A stretch of 52,228 nt of DNA, taken from NCBI GenBank assembly GCA_022360855.1, contig JAKSBY010000477.1, forward strand, positions 1-52,228, read 5' to 3'. The notes beneath the pieces were generated by a model. It was not told the origin of the DNA and did not search any database. It saw nothing but the letters and a program-made list of their open reading frames with translations. Below are positions 36,610 to 46,552 of the stretch, in pieces. Position numbers and translations under genes: made by a program. This DNA is from Sphingomonadales bacterium. GTDB taxonomy: Bacteria > Pseudomonadota > Alphaproteobacteria > Sphingomonadales > JAKSBY01. Numbering within the stretch: position 1 is the first letter of the stretch; every line of letters starts with the position of its first letter.

Positions 36610-38667
36610 TTAGGAATCCATCGGACGGATGAGAATATTGCCGAACGCATCCACCTCGCCGACATGAGCGGGCAGGATCAGCGTTGTGGAGTCCATCTCT
36701 GTGATGATCGCCGGTCCGGTGATGGCATTGCCGGCCTTCAGCCTGGCCCTGTCATAAATGATCGCCGGCCAATCCTCGCCGTCGGCAAAGATCGTGGTTT
36801 CAAGGGATTTCGCCGCGCTTGGATCAGCACCGCCTTCTTCGATCTTGCGCGCTTCGGCAATCGGCGCAGCACCCTGCGCGACTGCGCGCAAGTTGATAAA
36901 TTCGTGCTCCGCATCAAGAGAGAAGGTGTAGAGCTTTTCATGCTCGGCATCAAAATAGCCGCGAATGGGCTCCAGCCCGTTCGCGCGCAGGTCTTCCAGA
37001 TCCGCCGGCACGGTGATCTGCAGCGCTTGGCCATGATAGCGCACATCCAGTTCATAGAGGAGGCTCTGCTCCTCACGCGGCACACCGTCCTCATCCAGCG
37101 TCCCTCGCGCTTTGGCGCCAAGCTCCTCAAGCATATTGACGAGCTCTTCAGCAGAGACCTGCCCAAAGCGCCGGATGAAGGTTTGCGAGGCTTCATCACG
37201 CAGCCGCGTCGTCGCGTCCCCACTGGCGCACAGCACGCCCGGCCCGCGCGGAATGATCACCGGCCAGCAGCCCAGCAGCTTGCCAAGCGCATTGCCATGC
37301 AGAGGCCCGGCGCCGCCAAAGCCCATGAGGGCAAAACCGCGCGGGTCAAAGCCCTGCTCGACCGAGACCAGCCGCAGGGCGCCGAACATATTCTCATTCA
37401 CAATGTCGATAATGCCGGCCGCCGCTTCCTTCAGGCTCAAGCCGAGTGGCTCGGCGATGCTTTGAACCGCCGCCTCTGCTTTTGCCTTATCGATCGCCAT
37501 TTTGCCGCCAAGCTGCGCGCCGTACGGAAGATATCCGAGCACGACATTCGCGTCTGTCACCGTTGGCTGTGTTCCGCCTTTGCAATAGGCTGCTGGCCCA
37601 GGCACGGCGCCAGCGCTTTGCGGGCCCACACGCAGCGCTTTGGTCAACTCCGGCACATGGGCAATCGAGCCGCCGCCAGCGCCGACCGTGCTGATATCCA
37701 CGGACGAAGCACGCACGGTCACGTCGCCCACCGTCGTCTCCCGGCGCAGGCGGGCCTGGCCACCGGTGATGAGCGCGACGTCCGTGGACGTGCCCCCCAT
37801 ATCGAAGGTGATGATGTCTTCAAAACCGGCCTGGCTGGCCACCCACAAGGCACCCGCAACGCCGCCCGCGGGTCCGCTCATTAGCAGATTGACGGGATAT
37901 TGCGCCGCGGCCTCGGCAGAGGACAACCCGCCATCGGAGCGCAGAATATTCAGCGAGACACCGCCCATCCGTTCCGTTAGTTCACGGCTGAGATTGTTCA
38001 CATATTTCGACACCACCGGACGGACGAAGGAATTGGCCACGGTGGTCACCGCGCGCTCATATTCCTGCATTTCAGGTATAACGTTGGAGGAGATCGACAC
38101 CTCCACCCCCGGAAGCTCCTCTTCGACGATCACGCGGGCCTGTTCTTCATGAGCGCCATTGGCGAAGGAATTGATGAAGCAAATGGTCACCGCGTCAACG
38201 CCGGCTTGCTTGAAAACGCCGAGCTGTTCGCGCAGGGCCTGCGGGTCAAGCGGGGTAACGACCGACCCATCCGCGCCCATGCGCTCGTCCGTTTCGATCG
38301 TCCATTTCAGCGGCGCCATCGGCGCGCTTTTGTTATAGATCACCCAGCCGCCAAGCCCGCCTGGAATGAAGGAACGGGCGATGTGCAGGATTTGGCGATG
38401 CCCCTTGGTGGTGATAAGTCCGACTTTTGCGCCCTTGCCCGTCAACACGGCGTTTGTGGCGACGGTGGTGCCGTGCATCACATGGCTGATCTGGGCTGGG
38501 TCGATCTGGGCCTCACCACAAATGCGCGCAATGCCATTCAAGACGCCGATAGAGGAATCTTCCGGCGTTGAAGGGACTTTGGCGGCATAAACGCGTGAAC
38601 TTTCGATGTCGATCAAGGCAAGATCGGTAAACGTCCCGCCCACATCCACACCAAGCCGAAATGTCAT
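36610..38667 (-). CDS. Hydantoinase A / oxoprolinase family protein (HyuA-like), pair 2
   Basis: 685 aa with the N-terminus MTFRLGVDVGGTFTDL (DxGGTFTD loop). Confidence 0.9.
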   Translation of the reverse strand: MTFRLGVDVGGTFTDLALIDIESSRVYAAKVPSTPEDSSIGVLNGIARICGEAQIDPAQISHVMHGTTVATNAVLTGKGAKVGLITTKGHRQILHIARSFIPGGLGGWVIYNKSAPMAPLKWTIETDERMGADGSVVTPLDPQALREQLGVFKQAGVDAVTICFINSFANGAHEEQARVIVEEELPGVEVSISSNVIPEMQEYERAVTTVANSFVRPVVSKYVNNLSRELTERMGGVSLNILRSDGGLSSAEAAAQYPVNLLMSGPAGGVAGALWVASQAGFEDIITFDMGGTSTDVALITGGQARLRRETTVGDVTVRASSVDISTVGAGGGSIAHVPELTKALRVGPQSAGAVPGPAAYCKGGTQPTVTDANVVLGYLPYGAQLGGKMAIDKAKAEAAVQSIAEPLGLSLKEAAAGIIDIVNENMFGALRLVSVEQGFDPRGFALMGFGGAGPLHGNALGKLLGCWPVIIPRGPGVLCASGDATTRLRDEASQTFIRRFGQVSAEELVNMLEELGAKARGTLDEDGVPREEQSLLYELDVRYHGQALQITVPADLEDLRANGLEPIRGYFDAEHEKLYTFSLDAEHEFINLRAVAQGAAPIAEARKIEEGGADPSAAKSLETTIFADGEDWPAIIYDRARLKAGNAITGPAIITEMDSTTLILPAHVGEVDAFGNILIRPMDS

Positions 38668-38722
38668 CCCGAAACCTCCCGCAGTCTATTCTCTCAAGAT
38701 GAAACACTTTTTCCTCTGCGTC

Positions 38723-38740
38723 AATAGTTCGAACTTTTAT
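38723..38740. promoter_or_regulatory. Near-palindrome AATAGTTC|GAACTTTTAT (motif 1, site b) in the GntR / hyuA divergent spacer
   Basis: 7 of 8 positions per arm are complementary. The centre lies about 63 nt upstream of the hyuA-like ATG (38667) and about 120 nt upstream of the GntR ATG (38853). The core GTTCGAAC fits the generic GntR-family GT-Nx-AC operator shape. Confidence 0.5.
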
Positions 38741-38852
38741 TTTGCTTTTTTCCTTGATTTATCATCCCAAGCTGGCGGACATCTGACGATGCGCTTCTCT
38801 ATAGGGGTGAGGACGACGCCCACGCACCGCAGCACGACGGACATATGTTGGC

Positions 38853-39593
38853 ATGACAATTGATTCAAATCTGAGCCAGGCTTCGGAACCAGACAAGATT
38901 TATGCGCGGCTAAGGTCGGTTCTGGAAGGCGGCGCCTTTGAAATCGGCGACATGTTTCCCACCGAGACGGACCTGTGCGCGCAATATGATGTCAGCCGCT
39001 ATGCGCTACGCGAAGCCCTGAAAAAGCTTGAGCAGGAAGGGTACCTTTCGCGCAGGCGCGGCGCGGGCACCCATGTGCTCTCGACAAAGCCCAACACAGG
39101 TGTTTTTCATCACCGGGTTGGCTCCAGTGGCGACCTTGAACTGTTTGCCCGCGGCACCCGCATTCGCTTTGAAGGATGCGAGGTCATCGAGACAGACGCA
39201 ATGCTGGCCAGAGATTTAAGGTGCGATGAGCTGCGCCGGTGGTATAAGCTGGAGGGCATTCGATATGACGGCGACCGGCCCTTCGGCCTGACGACTCTCT
39301 ATCTGGACGCAAGCCGCATCTCCGCACCAAACCCGCGGCAATTCGACCATGAACCGGTCTATCGCTGGATGGAAGGTGCCGCCGATCTGAAAATCGCTGG
39401 CGTTTCGCAGGATATTTCAGCTGTCTTATTATCAGAACGCCAAGCGGAGATCTTTGGCGAAACAGCGGGCGCGCCTGCCCTGCAAATAGCGCGCCGCTAT
39501 TTCGATACCGGCAATCAGATTTTTGAAATCGCCATCACGGTCCATCGCAGCACGGACTTCGTGCACAATATGCGCATCAAGTTTGATACATGA
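38853..39593 (+). CDS. GntR family transcriptional regulator, HutC subfamily (wHTH + UTRA effector domain)
   Basis: 246 aa. Sequence FPTETDLCAQYDVSRYALREALKKLEQEGYLSRRRGAGTHV is the GntR wHTH. The C-terminal ~150 aa are UTRA-like. Confidence 0.9.
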   Translation: MTIDSNLSQASEPDKIYARLRSVLEGGAFEIGDMFPTETDLCAQYDVSRYALREALKKLEQEGYLSRRRGAGTHVLSTKPNTGVFHHRVGSSGDLELFARGTRIRFEGCEVIETDAMLARDLRCDELRRWYKLEGIRYDGDRPFGLTTLYLDASRISAPNPRQFDHEPVYRWMEGAADLKIAGVSQDISAVLLSERQAEIFGETAGAPALQIARRYFDTGNQIFEIAITVHRSTDFVHNMRIKFDT

Positions 39594-39608
39594 CGGGCGC
39601 TGCGAGGG

Positions 39609-40772
39609 TTATTCCGCCGCGGTCTTTGCCCAGGCACCGTTAAGAACACTCTCGGTATCCGCGCCCAGTTTCGGCCCGGCGGCAAGCGCAAGGCGCTTAC
39701 CATTCACCCGGATAGGATTGGACAAGACATTCAAAGAGCCTGCGTTGGGATGATCGATGGCCGTTACCATCTGCGCTTCGTCCCGCAGGAAGGGACTTGA
39801 CAACGCTTTGTCCAGCTCATTGATCGGCGCAACCGGAATTTTTGTAGCAAGGTGTTTGAGCCATGTATCGGTGGTATCCGTCTGGAAGCACTCGTCCAGC
39901 AGATCCGTCAAGACCGCGCGGTTTTTCAGTCGGTCATCCGCACTCTGAAAGCGCGGGTCTTCGATGAGTGCTTCCAAACCGATGGCGCGCGCGAGAATGG
40001 CCCAAAATTTCTGGTGCATACAAGCAATATAAATCCAACCATCCGCCGTTTTTTGAAGCTGGCATGGCACATTGCTAGGGTGGGCCGAGCGCGGCTGGCG
40101 CGGGGTCACACTATGCCCATTGAGCGCCCAGGTGCCCTGATAGGCAAGCTGATGAACGGCAACATCGAACAAGGACACGTCTATATCGCACCCCTCGCCG
40201 CTTTCCCGTGCTCTATAAATGGCGCCCATGACAGCAAACGCCAGCGTCATGCCCGTCATATAATCGACCATCGACAGACCAAGACGGGTCGGCGGCGCGC
40301 CAGGATCCCCCGTCAGCGCCATGAATCCGGCTTCCGCCTGCATCAGAAAATCATAGCCCGGCCAATCCTTGCGGGAATTTTCTCGGCCATAGGCGGAGAT
40401 GTGACCACAGACCAGACGTTCATTCAGTTTTGACAGGTCTTTATATTCAAGGCCGAGCTTGGCGGGTTGGCTGCCGCGCAGATTGTTGATAACTGCGTCG
40501 CAATTCGGGACCAGCGCGTCGAAATCCTCCCGCCCTTGAACGGATTTGATGTCCAAAGCGACGCTTTTCTTGTTGAGATTAAACGCCTGAAAATAGAGGC
40601 TGTCATTCTCGCCGAGAGTGTCCGTACCGGTGTGGCGCGCATAATCCCCGCCAGTGGCTGGAACTTCGACCTTGATAACAGTCGCGCCCATAGCAGCAAA
40701 GAACATAGACGCATAAGGTCCAGCGCCGAATTGCTCGAAACTGACCAACGTAATTCCGTCCAGAACGCACAT
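39609..40772 (-). CDS. Family III CoA-transferase (second copy)
   Basis: 387 aa from ATG 40772, preceded by GGGGGTG; the ORF-track TTG at 40793 is rejected. The N-terminus MCVLDGITLVSFEQFGAGPYASMFFAAMGATVIKVE is family-typical. Confidence 0.85.
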   Translation of the reverse strand: MCVLDGITLVSFEQFGAGPYASMFFAAMGATVIKVEVPATGGDYARHTGTDTLGENDSLYFQAFNLNKKSVALDIKSVQGREDFDALVPNCDAVINNLRGSQPAKLGLEYKDLSKLNERLVCGHISAYGRENSRKDWPGYDFLMQAEAGFMALTGDPGAPPTRLGLSMVDYMTGMTLAFAVMGAIYRARESGEGCDIDVSLFDVAVHQLAYQGTWALNGHSVTPRQPRSAHPSNVPCQLQKTADGWIYIACMHQKFWAILARAIGLEALIEDPRFQSADDRLKNRAVLTDLLDECFQTDTTDTWLKHLATKIPVAPINELDKALSSPFLRDEAQMVTAIDHPNAGSLNVLSNPIRVNGKRLALAAGPKLGADTESVLNGAWAKTAAE

Positions 40773-40837
40773 TAAGACACCCCCAATCCTCAAATGAGAC
40801 GCATGACCTTAAGATCGTTAATCTGATTTTTCAATTT

Positions 40838-40848
40838 AAAAGTTCGAA
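40838..40848. promoter_or_regulatory. Motif 1, site c: AAAAGTTCGAA
   Basis: The 11-mer directly abuts the stop codon (40849-40851) of the alpha/beta hydrolase gene. It lies about 73 nt upstream of the CoA-transferase ATG 40772. Only one arm is conserved. Confidence 0.35.
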
Positions 40849-41652
40849 TTAAATACTTGCATAAAAGCCCTGTATCAGGCGCGCAAATTCCTGTTTGAGC
40901 GCTTTGCCAGCAATAACGTGCGCAGCTCCTTCCAGCATAAAGCCGCGCGCATTCGGCATTGCCTCCTCAATTGGCTTGGTCGTGCGCAGTCCAGTGACTG
41001 CATCCAGCGGTGCATGCACAATCAAAGCTGGAGTTTCCACCGATTTCAATTGATTGAGGACGTCATGCTTCACGCTTGCTTCGACAAAGCGCTGATGGGT
41101 CGAGACATTGCCGTTGAGATGATGCCACACCCCGTCCTCGCCCAGCAGTCGTCCAATGTTTTTGTTATAATAATCCTCCTCAAACGATATGATGGAAACG
41201 AGACGCTGAAAGGCCAGAAATCCCATAGATTTATGCACATCCAAGAAGAGAGAGAGATGATCTTCAAGATGCCGGTCGACCGTTGCCCAGCCGCCCGTGT
41301 TGATCATAGACCGCGCCAGATCCGGACGCTTGATACAAACCAGCTGCGTTAAACAGGCACCCATACCAACCATGCCGAGCATATGGACGTTCGTCAGCTC
41401 CAGATGATCTAAAATCGCAATGATATCATCAGCATAGATGTCTAGGCTTGGCTCCAGACCGGTGTCGTCTGTCGAGTCTCCCAGGCCGCGATAATCAAGG
41501 ATGATCACCTTGTGGCGATCCACCAGCCCCCAAGGCAGGTGGTTGGTTTCTCCATGGCAGAAGCTGCCCCACCCGCCGACACACACCACCGGGTCACCTT
41601 CACCGTGGATTTCATAATAGATTTCCGCGTTACCGCGTTTGATCGCAGGCAT
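40849..41652 (-). CDS. Alpha/beta-fold protein, apparently without the canonical Ser nucleophile
   Basis: 267 aa from ATG 41652 (MPAIKRGNAEIYYEIHGEGDPVV..); the ORF-track start at 41772 is rejected. The fold is clear (ILDYRGLGDS; His region EGAAHV; acid region HAPLDAV). The elbow reads VHMLGMVGMGA where GxSxG is expected. I checked this against the DNA: ggc atg gtt ggt atg ggt. Confidence 0.8.
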   Translation of the reverse strand: MPAIKRGNAEIYYEIHGEGDPVVCVGGWGSFCHGETNHLPWGLVDRHKVIILDYRGLGDSTDDTGLEPSLDIYADDIIAILDHLELTNVHMLGMVGMGACLTQLVCIKRPDLARSMINTGGWATVDRHLEDHLSLFLDVHKSMGFLAFQRLVSIISFEEDYYNKNIGRLLGEDGVWHHLNGNVSTHQRFVEASVKHDVLNQLKSVETPALIVHAPLDAVTGLRTTKPIEEAMPNARGFMLEGAAHVIAGKALKQEFARLIQGFYASI

Positions 41653-41688
41653 TAAGGCACCCCCTATTGTTGCGAATAATACCACAAT

Positions 41689-41704
41689 ACATTCGAACTT
41701 TTTG
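41689..41704. promoter_or_regulatory. Motif 1, site d: ACATTCGAACTTTTTG
   Basis: This 16-mer is identical to 25972-25987. Its centre lies about 42 nt upstream of the alpha/beta hydrolase ATG 41652. On the minus strand it is followed by TGGTATTAT, an extended -10-like sequence (TGnTATTAT). Confidence 0.4.
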
Positions 41705-41778
41705 AATTGCCATGCCTTTTCGGCATCTGACTGGAAAAGAGACCTCCTTAAGCAGCAAAGTCGCAATACCAAGGGGTC

Positions 41779-42381
41779 TTAGAAAGCTGGGGTTATCAGG
41801 AAGGTATTGATGTCGACCCGCGCGTCCGGGTAATCGTTCGGATGCCACGTGCCGCCAATGTCGCTCCGGCGATCAATAATTTTGTATCGAATGCCCAGGC
41901 GCTCAAGCTGAACTGCGATCGCAATACCGCTGACGCCCGCTCCTATGATTGTAACCTGCAAATCGCCTGCGTTCCGAGGTGCCCGCTTGGCGCTCCAAGA
42001 TACGTCTCGGGGGAATTCCTCGAATGCCAGCTCCTCGAAGCCATAGTCCAACTCGGTTTCACTGGGTGGCTTTCCAGTAAATAGAGCCATGAGCTCGCGT
42101 GCTTCGGTCTTGCTCGGCCTGAGGTTCCGCGCTTCTACACCCGACAGAAGGTATCGGGCGGCTTTTTCCCGCACCTCTTCATGATGCGTTTCGTCGAGCA
42201 TGAAGGCCGAAAGCGCCCCACCCCGAATAGGCACCTTCTGCACCTGCATTGCTCTTAAAGAATAATCCCCCGTCTGCTGATAAAGGGCGATCCTCAGCAC
42301 GTTGAGATTGGACTGCTCCACCGCACGTCGAACAAACGCTTCATTTACACATTCGTTCACGTTTTCCTTTTCTTTGATCAT
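41779..42381 (-). pseudogene. N-terminal ~200 aa of a type I Baeyer-Villiger (flavin) monooxygenase; remainder deleted
   Basis: ATG 42381 is preceded by GGAAGGGTGGGA. An N-terminal extension (..NLNVLRIALYQQTGD..) is followed by the FAD loop VTIIGAGVSGIAIA and DIGGTWHPNDYPDARVD. The frame then ends (..NTFLITPAF*), before the BVMO fingerprint and the NADP domain. Confidence 0.7.
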
Positions 42382-42818
42382 AGTTCCCACCCTTCCGCTT
42401 CATCACAAATGCCTCGCCATTGGGCGTAACCCGCATCTGATTCAGAATCGGGAAATCTCTATGATTCTGCGATTTGGTCTGCAGTGGGAGTTTTGACTAT
42501 CTTAGTTCGAGAGTACCAATCGCTTGTTCATATCCAATAGAATTGGCCGCATGAATAGTTGAGAATGCTGCGGCGACAGGCCGCAATCGTCACGCGACGA
42601 TAACAGAGCGCCTTGCAGACTTGGTCGCCGAGACAACGTACTGGCCACCACCCGAATGGCATCCACATCTTTACCCGGAGACCGCCCAGAGCCGTGGCCG
42701 GGTACGATGAACACACGGCGCTGGCTTTCAGAATCTGACAACTTGCCTGAACTGCCCGCCAGCCGCTTCGTGAATTCAGTTTCCCGAGAAGTCCAAAAAG
42801 CAGAGTCTGCTTCGGTGG

Positions 42819-43016
42819 CTGACGGAGAACAATCCGAAATCCGACGTGGTTGATGCCCAATCCCCTGTCCTGTGGCTGACGCGCGGCAGGGCGGTAGTGC
42901 CTGCAGTAGTTCGGCGCGCGCAGGAAGGAGCCGCCCTTGATATGAGCGAGGGCGGGCGTGTCCGGTGCGAGGCATATGGCCTTGGACTGGCCAGACGAAC
43001 CCAAGGTGGCAATCAG
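42819..43016 (-). pseudogene. C-terminal remnant of a formylglycine-generating enzyme (FGE/SUMF1) family protein
   Basis: Within ORF 42528-43088, only ..HIKGGSFLRAPNYCRHYRPAARQPQDRGLGINHVGFRIVLR is recognisable. It matches the FGE C-terminal signature (KGGSxLCAPNYCxRYRPAAR..GFRC). The upstream ~250 residues of the domain are absent, and the czcA stop lies at 43105. Confidence 0.55.
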
Positions 43017-43104
43017 GCCGTAGCCCGCCAAACCCGCCGCACCGGTGCCCGAGAAATGAAAATCAATGCCCGGCCCATCGCCCACCATACACTCGAGATA
43101 AAAT

Positions 43105-46269
<3,165 letters not shown>

Positions 46270-46283
46270 CTAAAACGCTATGT

Positions 46284-46526
46284 GCCGATGCTGAAACATC
46301 GGCTGCTTCACATTGAATCTGTCATGGCGAGGCGCGCCGGCGCCGCGGCAATCCCGTGGCCCGCTGTCCTGTTCATTCGCGCCTTTACATCCCTGGTCAT
46401 TCCCGTTTCTCCACACCGTCATTCCCGCGAAAGCGGGAATCCATGTCACCGACAGACTGGATGCCCGTTTGCACGGGCATGACCGAGATGGTGGCACTGG
46501 ATTGCTTCCCCCCGCTTTCGCGGGGG
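46284..46526. repeat. Cluster of REP-like GC-rich hairpins filling the czcB-czcA spacer
   Basis: Four hairpins: GCCGATG-N6-CATCGGC (46284-46303), ATTCCCGC-GAAA-GCGGGAAT (46421-46440), ATGCCCG-TTTGCA-CGGGCAT (46461-46480) and CCCCCGC-TTTC-GCGGGGG (46509-46526). GTCATTCCCG is directly repeated at 46396-46405 and 46418-46427. Translations give the VIPAKAGIH / IPAFAGMT peptides seen in spurious ORFs over such repeats. Confidence 0.6.
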
Positions 46527-46552
46527 TCGCAATAACCATGTGGATCCAGCTC

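Noticed and set aside
38723-38740. GTTCGAA strings at 38727, 40842, 41691 and 42505 resemble the tRNA T-loop (GTTCGAATC); I considered hidden tRNA genes.
   Set aside because: No flanking acceptor, D or anticodon stems can be drawn, and the surrounding sequence is AT-rich and unstructured. The strings are better explained as a recurring palindromic operator-like motif.
46270-46539. 89-aa minus-strand ORF (and the start of the plus-strand ORF at 46313) in the czcB-czcA spacer, as a possible small protein gene.
   Set aside because: It is a read-through of stacked GC-rich hairpins (IPAFAGMT / VIPAKAGIH type peptides). It has no SD and no coding-like periodicity. I treat it as a repeat element.
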